Below, one piece after another: positions 37,179-46,911 of a DNA stretch of 64,000 nucleotides (the stretch's first letter is position 1; every line of letters starts with the position of its first letter). This DNA is from Azonexus sp. GTDB lineage: Bacteria > Pseudomonadota > Gammaproteobacteria > Burkholderiales > Rhodocyclaceae. The stretch is taken from positions 1,837 to 65,836 of the forward strand of contig JAYREA010000009.1 of the NCBI GenBank assembly GCA_041909135.1, in the 5' to 3' direction. Made by a program: the position numbers and the translations under genes. Under the pieces are notes generated by a model, which saw only the letters and a program-made list of their open reading frames with translations, was not told the origin of the DNA and did no database searches.

Positions 37179-38252
37179 TCACGGGCAAGTCGCCGGATCG
37201 CTGGCGTAGGCATCCAGACCAAGACTACGCAGGCGCTCCAGATAGCAGCCATAGTGCTTTTGCCAGGCAAAAGCATGATCGTCAGCGAGCAGCCCGGGCA
37301 GGTTGGTCAAATCGATTTCGGCCACCTGCAGGCGCTCCCCGCCCGTCGCCTGCAGCAGGCCTTCGACCAGCAGCATGTCGGAGAGCAACCAGGCCAGATG
37401 CCCCGAACCACCCAGCTCGGCCGCTGTTTCCTCCAGACTCAGGCGAGCCAGATGCTCAACGGCCGAGGTCAGCTCGGTGCGCTGAAAATTTTTCCCATCA
37501 CCGTTCCCGGCAGAGAGTTTGCGCACGGCGGGCAACACCCCACGGCTGACCGGACGACTGATCGCCGTCATGCTGACCGGCTCTGGCAGCGCGCTGGCGA
37601 CCCCCTTCAGCTTTTCAGCCAGCAGGCTGCGCGCCATCGCCAGTTCGTCGCCGGTCATTGGCTGCAAGGTGCAGGGCGTCGATTCCGAATTGCGTATTTC
37701 CCGACAAAGATGACGGTGCCAGACCTTCTGGCCCAGCGTTTCGCCAAACGAGGCCTGATCCCCGGCAATTTGCAGGCTGCCACCGCCAATATCGAGCACA
37801 TGCGTCGTTTTCAGCGCTTCCCCAAGTTGCTGGCGGGCCCCGAAATAGCCATAAGCGCCTTCCTTCAATTGCGGGATGACCAGAACCGCCACCCCGCTCG
37901 CTGACCAGATACGTTGCAGAAGACCGGCCAGTTCACCAGCCCCCTGCGCCACCGCCATCCGCCAGGCCGAGAAGCCACCGCCAACACGCTCGCACTCTGG
38001 GGAAAAACCAGCCTTCTCCGGCAAATCACGGAGCGCCGTGATCGTCGGTGCCGCCGTTTCCTCCAGACTGCGCCCGGCCCACAGCGGACCGAGGTAATCG
38101 ATATCGCCGCGGGCCGTGACGTTGCTGTTGTCAGCCCCGGCCCGAATGCCGGATGAACCGATATCGAAGGCGACGCGACAAGGCCCCTCAGCCGCCGCTG
38201 CGCTTGCCAGCAGGGCAAAGACCAGTCCGGCCAGGAAGCCTCGTGCGATCAA
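37179..38252 (-). CDS. Exported Ppx/GppA-like (ASKHA-fold) protein
   Basis: Signal peptide ending AAAA; DIGSSG, EGAYG, LDIGGGSLQ motifs. Confidence 0.78.
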   Translation of the reverse strand: MIARGFLAGLVFALLASAAAAEGPCRVAFDIGSSGIRAGADNSNVTARGDIDYLGPLWAGRSLEETAAPTITALRDLPEKAGFSPECERVGGGFSAWRMAVAQGAGELAGLLQRIWSASGVAVLVIPQLKEGAYGYFGARQQLGEALKTTHVLDIGGGSLQIAGDQASFGETLGQKVWHRHLCREIRNSESTPCTLQPMTGDELAMARSLLAEKLKGVASALPEPVSMTAISRPVSRGVLPAVRKLSAGNGDGKNFQRTELTSAVEHLARLSLEETAAELGGSGHLAWLLSDMLLVEGLLQATGGERLQVAEIDLTNLPGLLADDHAFAWQKHYGCYLERLRSLGLDAYASDPATCP

Positions 38253-38824
38253 AGGTGGAGATACCCCATCACACCGGCCACCAGGCCAAGACCGGTTGCA
38301 CCCAAAACCCCGGCCAGCAGCCAGCGCTTGCGGGTCAGCAGGGTGATTGCGGCCAATGCGATGGCAATCTGCAACAAGGTCGTGGCCAGCGCCCAGCGCT
38401 CATGCACGTGCATCTCCGCTTCGCTCTTGTGGTCAGCCTCCTTGGCCGCGGCTTCAAGCTTGTCCGCCTCGGCCTTGATCTCTTCCTTTTCCTTCTTGTA
38501 ACGCTCGACGGCTTCCTTGAATTTCTGCTGGTCTTCGCCCGTCGTCAGCGTGACCGACAACTCGGCCAGGTTCTGCTTGTTGCTCTTGGCCTGGTAGTAA
38601 TTCCACTGGTTGGAAGCCGACGTCTTCTGAATGGCCGCCTCGTTCTTGTAGAGCAGCGCGGCATTCTGCGAATGGCCGCCCATGTAGCCAAAGATGGCAC
38701 CCACCGTGGACAGAATGGCGGTCAGCACCGCCAGGCGGGATGTGAAGCTATCACCACCATGCTGGGCTACGTGCTCGACCTCGTGATCGTGCGGACCATG
38801 GACGTGAAAACCGTGTCCTGACAT
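38249..38824 (-). CDS. DUF4337 membrane protein
   Basis: His-rich N-terminus; A..QW.YYQAKS.K; LLQIAIALA. Confidence 0.85.
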   Translation of the reverse strand: MSGHGFHVHGPHDHEVEHVAQHGGDSFTSRLAVLTAILSTVGAIFGYMGGHSQNAALLYKNEAAIQKTSASNQWNYYQAKSNKQNLAELSVTLTTGEDQQKFKEAVERYKKEKEEIKAEADKLEAAAKEADHKSEAEMHVHERWALATTLLQIAIALAAITLLTRKRWLLAGVLGATGLGLVAGVMGYLHL

Positions 38825-38917
38825 TGAATTCTCCTTGTATCTGCGGGGGCTGAATAAAGTGGCAGGCCGAATTCTAGCGCCCCCGGCCAAATATTTTCGG
38901 GAAAAACAAAAAGCGTA

Positions 38918-38961
38918 TTGACATTCATTCTCATTTAAATAAAATGAGAATTGTTCTCAAT
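38918..38961 (+). promoter_or_regulatory. Fur-boxed promoter of bfd
   Basis: TTGACA-N16-TAAAAT; AATGAGAATTGTTCTCAAT (38943-38961) and overlapping CATTCATTCTCATT. Confidence 0.88.
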
Positions 38962-38986
38962 CAATATCGTTCGTGGAGTCCCATTC

Positions 38987-39190
38987 ATGTACGTTTGCGT
39001 CTGCCAGGCAGTCACCGACCGCCAGATTCGTGAAGCCGCCCAAGGCGGTGCCCGCACGCTGAAGGATCTGCGCCGTGACCTCGGCGTGACCCGCGATTGT
39101 GGTCGCTGCGCTTCCTGCGCCCACGACTGCCTGCGTGAAGTTCATGGTGACTCGGCCAAACCCGGCAAGGTCACGCGCCGCGCCGCCTGA
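38987..39190 (+). CDS. bfd: Bacterioferritin-associated ferredoxin
   Basis: MYVCVC..VTD.QI...CGRC; GGAG RBS. Confidence 0.94.
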   Translation: MYVCVCQAVTDRQIREAAQGGARTLKDLRRDLGVTRDCGRCASCAHDCLREVHGDSAKPGKVTRRAA

Positions 39191-39214
39191 TTTTCACAAA
39201 CAGTTGTCTGGATG

Positions 39215-39248
39215 AAAAACGGGAGCCGATTGGCTCCCGTTTTGTTTT
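39215..39248. terminator. Bidirectional terminator between bfd and DUF1513
   Basis: AAAAACGGGAGCC-gatt-GGCTCCCGTTTT. Confidence 0.85.
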
Positions 39249-39267
39249 ACACCACCAAATACCCCGC

Positions 39268-40407
39268 TCAGGCCTCGCTGATCAAGGCCCAGTGGTTATC
39301 CAGCGCCATCGGTTTCGGCCAGGCCAGAAAGACCGGTTTGGCCGACGGATGCCAGCGGACAAGTCCCAATGCTGTCGAGACAAGAACGCCACCGCCCGGC
39401 TTTGGGCCATTCCATTCGGCCATGGCGTACGCTTCCTGCAATTCGACTACCGGTGTCAGTTTGTCCGGTGCCCCGGGATGCCAGAGCTGGGCCAGGCCAG
39501 CCTGATTGCTCGAAACCACGAAACCGCCGTTGTAGGCGGCGGCAATGTCTCCGCCATAGCCGAAACCATCGTTTGCCCGCGTCGGGACGATCAGTTCGTC
39601 GCCTTCCAGAACAGCGAGCAGCGGTGCGCGACTGCGCTGCGCAGCCTCCCCGTGCTCGGCCTGCATGGCAATACCCAGGCGCCGCTCGCCGTCCGGTGCC
39701 GTGCTCCAGGCAATGTGGCGCAGGCTCAGGCGACTGTCGTCCACCGTCCATTGACGCAACAGCTTGCCGTTACGGGCATCGAGGCGAACCAGCGACGAAT
39801 CCATGCGCGCCAGGTCGAATTTCTTGTCGGCCCGGTTGCGCGGAATGCCACCGTTGGCGACCACCAGATTGCCTTCGGCATCGAGTAGCAACTGGTGCGG
39901 CTCCATGCCACCACTCTCCCATTCATCGAGCTTTTTCAGCGTGACGCGGTCACGTACGCCAATCTTGCCTCGCCCGGAAACAAAGTCCGTTTCGGTGGTG
40001 AACACTAAATCACCACCCTTGCCAACAATGGCGTGACCGTTGAGCAGCACATTGACCGAGGGCTCGATGTCGATCTGCCGGGATACCTTGCCTTCCGGGT
40101 CGATGCGCAGCAGCCAGGTGCCGGGTCGCACGCCGGTCACCAGCAGGCTGCCATCCGCTTCCGGCAGCAAGCCGTGAGGTCGCGTCGGCAGCAGCGTGGC
40201 ATGGCCAATTTCCAGCTTCTTGCGCGCCCAGTCGGCGACCAGCACACCGGCGTAGTAAGGGTCGGTCGGGTTCGGTCCGCGCCAGGCGGCGGCGACCAGC
40301 GCGCGTTGCGGTTCACTCTCGCTGGCGGCCATGGCGATACCGCCCTGGGCCAGCAAGCTGCAGGCGCCGGCCAGCTTGAGAAAGTCACGTCGATGCATGT
40401 TCTTCAT
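39268..40407 (-). CDS. DUF1513 Tat-exported beta-propeller protein
   Basis: RRDFLK Tat motif; R.HG, GH, EPH, VANGGI, LSLRH, DNH motifs. Confidence 0.85.
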   Translation of the reverse strand: MKNMHRRDFLKLAGACSLLAQGGIAMAASESEPQRALVAAAWRGPNPTDPYYAGVLVADWARKKLEIGHATLLPTRPHGLLPEADGSLLVTGVRPGTWLLRIDPEGKVSRQIDIEPSVNVLLNGHAIVGKGGDLVFTTETDFVSGRGKIGVRDRVTLKKLDEWESGGMEPHQLLLDAEGNLVVANGGIPRNRADKKFDLARMDSSLVRLDARNGKLLRQWTVDDSRLSLRHIAWSTAPDGERRLGIAMQAEHGEAAQRSRAPLLAVLEGDELIVPTRANDGFGYGGDIAAAYNGGFVVSSNQAGLAQLWHPGAPDKLTPVVELQEAYAMAEWNGPKPGGGVLVSTALGLVRWHPSAKPVFLAWPKPMALDNHWALISEA

Positions 40408-40420
40408 TCCCATGCCCCGC

Positions 40421-41434
40421 TTAGCGATAGCCGGCCCGGTCGAGCAGCTTTTGGGCCGCCACGACATTTTTGGCCAAAGCACCGATCGGCAAGGAATCGG
40501 CCTTGAACTTGCCCATGGCCTCCAGCGCCGGGTTGCCAGTCACCACGCTGGCGACAACCGGCCATTCATTGTTGCCGTCAGCGAAGTAACGCTGCGCCTC
40601 ATCGCTGGCCAGGTATTCGAGGAACTTGACCGCTGCCTCGACATTTTTCGAGGTTTTGACTACGCCGGCACCGGAGATGTTGATGTGCGTGCCATGGTTG
40701 GTCTGGTTCGGCCAGACAATGCCGACGCGCTCCATCATCCGGCGCTCGTCGACCTTGTCCGAACGGATCAGGCGGGCCAGGTAGTAAGTGTTCGACACCG
40801 CCACCCCGCACTCACCCAACGCCACTGACTTGATCTGGTCGGTATCACCACCCTTCGGCGCCCGGGCGAAGTTGGCGACCACGCCCCTGGCCCATTCCTC
40901 GGTCTTCGCCTCACCGTCATGGGCGATCAGCGAGGCGACCAGCGAGAGGTTGTACGGATGCGATCCCGAACGGCTGCACACCTTGCCCTTCAGCTTCGGA
41001 TCAGCCAGTGACTCGTAGGTCGCCACATCCTCGGCCTTCACGGCACTGCGGTTGTAGATGATGACGCGGGCCCGGGTCGAGAAGGCGAACCAGGTATCGG
41101 TGTGCAGGTGAGCCGGGATACGGCTCTCGAGCACTTTCGACCTGACCGGGGCAAAGAGTCCCAAAGCGTCCGCATTGGCCAGGCGCGCGGCATCGACCGT
41201 GATGAAAACATCGGCCGGGCTGTTGGCGCCTTCATTACGGATGCGCTCCATCAACTCGTCTTCCTTGCCATCGATCCGGTTGATCTTGATACCGGTCTGC
41301 TTGGTGAAGTTGTCGTAGAGCTTCTCGTCGGTCTGGTAATGGCGGGCGGAATACAGGTTCAGGACTTTCTCCTGAGCCTGCACACCAACACTTGCCAGTG
41401 CTGCCAGCATGACCATGGCCAATTGCTTTTTCAT
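40421..41434 (-). CDS. Fe(III) ABC transporter substrate-binding protein (FutA/FbpA-like)
   Basis: LYSARHY, SPADVFITVD, YNLSL, NTYYLARL, NNEWP. Confidence 0.92.
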   Translation of the reverse strand: MKKQLAMVMLAALASVGVQAQEKVLNLYSARHYQTDEKLYDNFTKQTGIKINRIDGKEDELMERIRNEGANSPADVFITVDAARLANADALGLFAPVRSKVLESRIPAHLHTDTWFAFSTRARVIIYNRSAVKAEDVATYESLADPKLKGKVCSRSGSHPYNLSLVASLIAHDGEAKTEEWARGVVANFARAPKGGDTDQIKSVALGECGVAVSNTYYLARLIRSDKVDERRMMERVGIVWPNQTNHGTHINISGAGVVKTSKNVEAAVKFLEYLASDEAQRYFADGNNEWPVVASVVTGNPALEAMGKFKADSLPIGALAKNVVAAQKLLDRAGYR

Positions 41435-41456
41435 GACTTGTTGCACTCCTGCTGAA

Positions 41457-43610
41457 TCAGAACTTGTACTCGGTACTCAGGATGAAGCGACGGGCCTGAC
41501 CGGGCACGGTAAAGGCGCCGTTGTCATACAGGGCGTCGTAGTACACCTTGTCGAAAAGATTCTGGACGTTGAACTTGACTGTGTATTTCGGCTGGTCATA
41601 CGAAACCATGGCATCCCAGCGCACATAGGAATCCACCCAGTTCGGGTTGAAGGCTGCCGTCCCGGTTGGCGCACCACCGTAACGCCGGCTCTTGTACTCC
41701 ATGCCGCCACCGACCTTGAAACCGTGGGGCAACTGGTAGGTCGTCCACAGGTTGAATGTCTTCTTCGGTGTGTTGCGCGGCGATTGGCCAATGAAATTGG
41801 GATTGCCGTTACCCGGTGCGACTTCGAGAATCTCGGCATGCATGTATGACAAGCCACTGAAAACTTCCCAGTTGTCGGTGATGCGGCCTGCCAATTCGAG
41901 CTCCACGCCATTCGAGCGACGCTTGCGAGTCAGGATGCTCGCGGTCGATTCCAGGTCGGTGTTGCGCTCCCAGTCCTTGGTTGCACGATAGAGCGAGGTA
42001 CGCAGGGAATAGTTGCCATCGGCCAGCAGCCACTTGCTGCCCAGTTCAATTACCCTGGAACGCTCGGCCGGATACTGGCTGCCGGACAACTGGTAGAGGT
42101 CGGCCGTCGGGCTGAACGAATCGCTCCAGCCGAGGTAGTAATGCTGCGCCGCCGTCGGCTGCCAGGACAGGCCGGTACGATAGCTGTTCTCGCCGAAATT
42201 GCCGCTGAAGGCCGTCGACGTGAAGTAGTCCGACTTCATGATGTCGCGACGAATACCGACAGTTGCTTTCCAGTCGGGAATGAACTCGATCGTATCCTGC
42301 ACGTAGGCGCTGTAGGTTTCGCCTTTGTAGGTAGCAGGTGCTGCCGTCGTGTACTGGCCCGGTTTGTACAGCGGGTTGTTGGCGGTCCCCAGGTTACGTA
42401 GCGCCCAGCGGATCGAATCCTCGTTGAGGTATTCGACACCGGTAATCAGCTCGTTCTTCAGGCCGAACAGCGTAAAGGCCGTGTTCAGGTCGCTCTGCAA
42501 CACATAGTTGTCGGTTTCGAACTGCCGGGTCTTGGCTTGCCCCGAGGTGCTATTCGCCGTCAACGTCCCCTGCCCGGCCACTGCCCAGTAGGAACGCTTG
42601 TAATTGGCTGCCCGCAGCACGGTACGCCACTGCGTATCCGGAGAAATCTTGAACAGGTAGTTCAGGGTTGAGACATTGGTTTCGCTGTCATCGAAACTGC
42701 CATCCACGCCGTAATAGTTGCCCGCCTTGGCCATGCTTTCGACCGGGCGCTTGCCGCTGAAAGGAATACCGTAGTCGGCGCGATCCTGTGTCTTGACCCA
42801 CAGATGACTCAGCGTCACTTCATGATTGGTGCCCAGCCCGAACGAAATGCTCGGTGCAAAGCCCATGCGATGGATTTCCGGCTCCGTGCCGGTATAGGGA
42901 TTGGTACGCGAACTGCCTTCATCGCGATTCATCACGTTGATGCGGAAAGCCGTGGTATCGCCAATCCGCTGGTTCAGGTCGGCCTTGACCTCCTGGAAGC
43001 CATCGGTGCCGATACCGACGCCCACCTTGTTGATGCCATACAGCATCGGCGTCTTGCTGACCTGGTTGATCACCCCGCCAGCCTGGCCGCGCCCAAACAG
43101 CATCGCCGCCGCACCGCGCAGCACATCGACCTGCTCCAGGTTGAACAGTTCGCGGTTGTACTGAGCCGTATCGCGAATACCGTCGAGATACATATCACCG
43201 AAAGTATAGAAGCCGCGCAGGTTCATGTTGTCGCCGGAACGGCCGCCCTCGGCAGCGTTGAAGCTAAGGCCGGAGACATTGCGTAGCGCTTCGCGCAGCG
43301 AGTTGGCTTCCTGCTCCTCGATCAACGCCCGGGTGACCGTGGTAATGGCCTGCGGCACATCGTGCGGATCCTGCACCACCTTGCCGACACGGGTCTTGGT
43401 GGCGCGGTAGCCATCAGGCTGCTCCTGCGTTGCGGTGACAGTTACCGCCTTGAGGGTCTTGTCATCCTCGGCCAAGGCAGAAGCGCTGACACCGAACAGC
43501 GCCGCGGCGACGGCGGCGGCGAGCGGCAAGCGATTGCCGAACGGCAGAGGAATAGCTGGGGAGCAGCAAGCGGATTGGGCTTTTCGACCCGGAGTTTGGG
43601 CAGTTTTCAC
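41457..43610 (-). CDS. TonB-dependent siderophore receptor (Fiu/PiuA-like)
   Basis: TonB box (AVTVTA), plug LRNVSG...LRGF...DG.RD, EQVDVLRG, NLFDK.Y, terminal F. GTG start inferred. Confidence 0.92.
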   Translation of the reverse strand: MKTAQTPGRKAQSACCSPAIPLPFGNRLPLAAAVAAALFGVSASALAEDDKTLKAVTVTATQEQPDGYRATKTRVGKVVQDPHDVPQAITTVTRALIEEQEANSLREALRNVSGLSFNAAEGGRSGDNMNLRGFYTFGDMYLDGIRDTAQYNRELFNLEQVDVLRGAAAMLFGRGQAGGVINQVSKTPMLYGINKVGVGIGTDGFQEVKADLNQRIGDTTAFRINVMNRDEGSSRTNPYTGTEPEIHRMGFAPSISFGLGTNHEVTLSHLWVKTQDRADYGIPFSGKRPVESMAKAGNYYGVDGSFDDSETNVSTLNYLFKISPDTQWRTVLRAANYKRSYWAVAGQGTLTANSTSGQAKTRQFETDNYVLQSDLNTAFTLFGLKNELITGVEYLNEDSIRWALRNLGTANNPLYKPGQYTTAAPATYKGETYSAYVQDTIEFIPDWKATVGIRRDIMKSDYFTSTAFSGNFGENSYRTGLSWQPTAAQHYYLGWSDSFSPTADLYQLSGSQYPAERSRVIELGSKWLLADGNYSLRTSLYRATKDWERNTDLESTASILTRKRRSNGVELELAGRITDNWEVFSGLSYMHAEILEVAPGNGNPNFIGQSPRNTPKKTFNLWTTYQLPHGFKVGGGMEYKSRRYGGAPTGTAAFNPNWVDSYVRWDAMVSYDQPKYTVKFNVQNLFDKVYYDALYDNGAFTVPGQARRFILSTEYKF

Positions 43611-43640
43611 AGGCAAACCTTTTTATAGTCAGTCGGTAAT

Positions 43641-43667
43641 GGCTGGCTGGCATCAAGGCTGGCTTGC
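43641..43667 (-). promoter_or_regulatory. Paired direct repeat in the TBDR leader
   Basis: Minus strand reads GCAAGCCAGCC (43667-43657) then GCCAGCCAGCC (43651-43641), between the Fur box and the start codon. Confidence 0.7.
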
Positions 43668-43737
43668 CGAACGTTGGGTTCGTCTTCGCGTCACCCCGGC
43701 GTGAAAATGTCAGGCAACCGATCCTGCACACGCCGGG

Positions 43738-43773
43738 TTATTGCAAACGATAATGCGAATATATCGCATTTAC
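43738..43773 (-). promoter_or_regulatory. Fur-box-like AT-rich site upstream of the TBDR operon
   Basis: TTATTGCAAACGATAATGCGAATATATCGCATTTAC. Confidence 0.7.
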
Positions 43774-43846
43774 AAAACAGAAACAACTTGCCTCCACCCG
43801 CCGTTGGCAAAAACGGGAGGAAGTGTTGTTTATTGCTCAGGAAACG

Positions 43847-44893
43847 TCAGATGACGTCGATACCAGGCTCGCCTTCAGCCATTTCGCCGATGACCGAAAC
43901 GTGTGAGAAGCCGTGCTGCAGAAACAGGGAGAGCACCTCGGTCACCGTGTCCGCAGAGCAAGAAACCAGCAAGCCGCCCGAGGTCTGGGGATCGCTCAGC
44001 AAGGTCTGGGCAATGCTTTCCAGGCCATCGGCAATGCGTACACCATCACCGTAGCTGGCCCAGTTGCGGCCGGAAGCGCCGGTCATCAGACCGGCCTGCA
44101 TGAATTCCCGCGCCTTGGGCAACACCGGCAAATCCTGGTAATTCACTTTCGCCCGTAGTCCGCTGCCCCTGCAGACTTCGAGCAGATGGCCGGCCAGCCC
44201 GAAGCCGGTGACATCGGTTACGGCATGAACGCCATCCAGACAGGCGAGTACCGGCCCCGGCGTATTGAGCTGCGTCGTGGTCTCAACCATGGCTTCGTAA
44301 TCCTTGGCCTGGAGTTGGTCCTTTTTCAGCGCCGCACTGTAGATGCCCACCCCCAGTTGCTTGCCGAGAATCAGCTTGTCGCCGGGCTTGGCGCCGGAAT
44401 TGCGCTTCAGGTGCTCCGGATTGACCAGGCCGATGGCCACCAGGCCATAGATGGGCTCGACCGAATCGATGGTATGACCACCGGCAATCGGAATACCCGC
44501 CGCCCGGCAGACATCTTCACCGCCCTGCAGAATCTGGCCGATGGTTTCCAGCGGCAGAACATTGACCGGCATGCCGACCAGCGCCAGCGCGAAGAGCGGC
44601 GTACCGCCCATGGCGTAAACATCGGAAATGGCGTTGGTCGCGGCGATACGGCCAAAATCGTGTGGATCGTCGACGATGGGCATGAAAAAATCGGTGGTCG
44701 CGACAATCGCCTGCTGCGCGTTGATCTGATAGACCGCGGCATCGTCGCTGGTCTCGGTGCCGACCAACAGTTGCGGCGGGATGATGCTGCCGGTAGTGCC
44801 GGCCAGGATTTTCTGTAATACGGCGGGCGCTATCTTGCAACCACAGCCCCCACCATGGGAAAGCTGGGTAAGTCTGACTTTTTCTTCCGGCAC
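43847..44893 (-). CDS. selD: Selenide, water dikinase SelD (Cys form)
   Basis: GGGCGCKI, DDAAVY, TTDFFMPIVDDP, GGHTI, DVTGFGL, DPQTSGGLL. Confidence 0.95.
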   Translation of the reverse strand: MPEEKVRLTQLSHGGGCGCKIAPAVLQKILAGTTGSIIPPQLLVGTETSDDAAVYQINAQQAIVATTDFFMPIVDDPHDFGRIAATNAISDVYAMGGTPLFALALVGMPVNVLPLETIGQILQGGEDVCRAAGIPIAGGHTIDSVEPIYGLVAIGLVNPEHLKRNSGAKPGDKLILGKQLGVGIYSAALKKDQLQAKDYEAMVETTTQLNTPGPVLACLDGVHAVTDVTGFGLAGHLLEVCRGSGLRAKVNYQDLPVLPKAREFMQAGLMTGASGRNWASYGDGVRIADGLESIAQTLLSDPQTSGGLLVSCSADTVTEVLSLFLQHGFSHVSVIGEMAEGEPGIDVI

Positions 44894-44927
44894 GGCTGTT
44901 CTCTCGGGAAATGCGGGTTGATTGTTT

Positions 44928-45134
44928 TTATTCGGCGTCGAAGCCGGCGTCCTCGATGGCATTGACCAAGGCATCGCGGGTCACCACTTGCGGGTCGAAG
45001 GCCACGCGGCCTTCGCCGGCGTCCAGCGAGACTTCGGCGCTGCTCACCCCGGTCATGGCGCTGAGCACGCCAGTGATGTTCTTGACGCAGCCCTGGCAAC
45101 TCATGCCGCCAATCTTGATCAGTGTGTTTTCCAT
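44928..45134 (-). CDS. copZ: Copper chaperone CopZ
   Basis: GMSCQGC HMA motif; 68 aa. Confidence 0.92.
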   Translation of the reverse strand: MENTLIKIGGMSCQGCVKNITGVLSAMTGVSSAEVSLDAGEGRVAFDPQVVTRDALVNAIEDAGFDAE

Positions 45135-45139
45135 TGCGC

Positions 45140-46897
45140 TTACCTGTTGATGAAGGGTTGAAGGCGCAGCATATCGGCCATTCCCTCGGCCGACATCGGG
45201 CGGCTGAAATAGTAGCCCTGCGCCATGTCACATCCCATTTTACGCAACAGCGCCAATTGTTCGACTTTTTCTACGCCTTCGGCCAGCACGGTCATGCGCA
45301 GGCTACGCCCCATGCTGACGATGGTCGAGGCGATTGCCCAGTCATCGGGGTCGGTTTCAAGGTCATTGACAAAGGAACGGTCAATCTTCAGCTTGCCGAC
45401 CGGAAAACGCTTCAGGTAAGCCAGCGATGAATAGCCGGTGCCAAAGTCATCGAGGGAGAGTTCGACGCCCATCCGGTGCAGCGCCGACAAGGTGCCCATA
45501 TTGATGTCCGCATCGTGCATCACGGTGCGCTCGGTCAATTCAAGTTCAAGGCGAGCGGCCTCCAGTCCCGATGTCGCCAGCGCGCCGGCCACCATCTCGA
45601 CAAAGCCGGCCTGGCGGAACTGTACCGGAGCGACGTTGACGGCCATGCAGATCGGCGGCAGCCCGGCATCGCACCAGGCTTTGGCCTGCCGGCAGGCTTC
45701 ACAGAGCACCCAGTCGCCAATCGGATTGATCAGGCCCGTTTCTTCAGCCACATGAATGAAGCGGTCCGGCATGATGACGCCAAGCTCCGGATGCAGCCAG
45801 CGGATCAGGGCCTCGACACCGATGATCAGCCCGGTTTCCAGATTCACCAGTGGCTGGTAATGCAGGATAAATTCGTTCTGAACCAGCGCCCGCCGCAAAT
45901 TGCTTTCCATCAGCAAGCGGTCGAGCGTCGTTGTATTCATTTCGCTTGAATAGAACTGGAACGAGTTTCGCCCCATCTCCTTGGCCCGGTACATGGCGGT
46001 ATCGGCATTGCGCAGCAGGGTTTCCAGGTCACCGCCATCATGGGGATAGATGCTAATCCCGAGCGATGGCGTCACGGTCAATTCGTGCCCCGCCACCTCG
46101 AACGGCCGGGAGAAAACCTCGACCAGCCGCCGCGCCACTTCAGCCGCCGCCGCGGTATGGAAGCCCGGCATGGCGAAAATGAATTCATCGCCCCCCAGGC
46201 GAGCCAGGGTGTCGATACGCCGAACGACACTATCCAGACGCCGCGCCACCTGGCACAGCAACTCGTCACCAACACTGTGACCAAGCGAATCATTGACCCG
46301 CTTGAAATGGTCGAGATCAAGGAAGACGACGGCGATCTCGGATTTCTCGCGCTCAGCAGAAGCCAGCAATTGCTCGAAACGTTCACGCAGCAATCGGCGA
46401 TTGGGCAAGCCGGTCAGCACATCGTAGTCAGCCAGCTCGCGGATTCTTTGCTCGGCAGCCTTCTGCGCCGAAATATCCAGCACGGTGCCGACGGAGGCTG
46501 GCAGCCCCCCGATCACCGAAGGCGAGCCGAGCACCATGATCGGGAAGGTCGAGCCGTCCTTGCGCACCCCGGTCAATTCATAATTGTGACCGACGACACC
46601 GGCCGCCCGCAGCTGCATCTGCTCGATCACAAAGGCATGCTGCTCGGGCAGGATCAGATCAAGCGGCCCCATCCGCTCGAGCAATTCCTCGCTGGAATAG
46701 CCAAACATGCGCAGCAGGAAGGGATTGACGTACTTGAAGCGCTGATTCTGCAGCACGAAGATACCGACCTGAGCGGCCTCCATCGTGCTCCGGAACATTG
46801 TTTCCTGCTCGGTCATCGCCGCAGCGCTTCCCGCCGTTCCCGCCTTGTCACCAGCAAACAATTGTTCAATTATTTTTTCCCCGACCCCTGTGGTCAT
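45140..46897 (-). CDS. PAS-GGDEF-EAL c-di-GMP enzyme
   Basis: PAS domain (RKDGS), intact GGDEF, EAL, DDFGTGYSS. Confidence 0.93.
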   Translation of the reverse strand: MTTGVGEKIIEQLFAGDKAGTAGSAAAMTEQETMFRSTMEAAQVGIFVLQNQRFKYVNPFLLRMFGYSSEELLERMGPLDLILPEQHAFVIEQMQLRAAGVVGHNYELTGVRKDGSTFPIMVLGSPSVIGGLPASVGTVLDISAQKAAEQRIRELADYDVLTGLPNRRLLRERFEQLLASAEREKSEIAVVFLDLDHFKRVNDSLGHSVGDELLCQVARRLDSVVRRIDTLARLGGDEFIFAMPGFHTAAAAEVARRLVEVFSRPFEVAGHELTVTPSLGISIYPHDGGDLETLLRNADTAMYRAKEMGRNSFQFYSSEMNTTTLDRLLMESNLRRALVQNEFILHYQPLVNLETGLIIGVEALIRWLHPELGVIMPDRFIHVAEETGLINPIGDWVLCEACRQAKAWCDAGLPPICMAVNVAPVQFRQAGFVEMVAGALATSGLEAARLELELTERTVMHDADINMGTLSALHRMGVELSLDDFGTGYSSLAYLKRFPVGKLKIDRSFVNDLETDPDDWAIASTIVSMGRSLRMTVLAEGVEKVEQLALLRKMGCDMAQGYYFSRPMSAEGMADMLRLQPFINR

Positions 46898-46911
46898 CGA
46901 AACTCCATTCC

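Noticed and set aside
43847-44893. Possible selenocysteine recoding in selD (and in the glutathione peroxidase at 25093-25575)
   Set aside because: Both active-site codons are TGT (Cys); no in-frame TGA.
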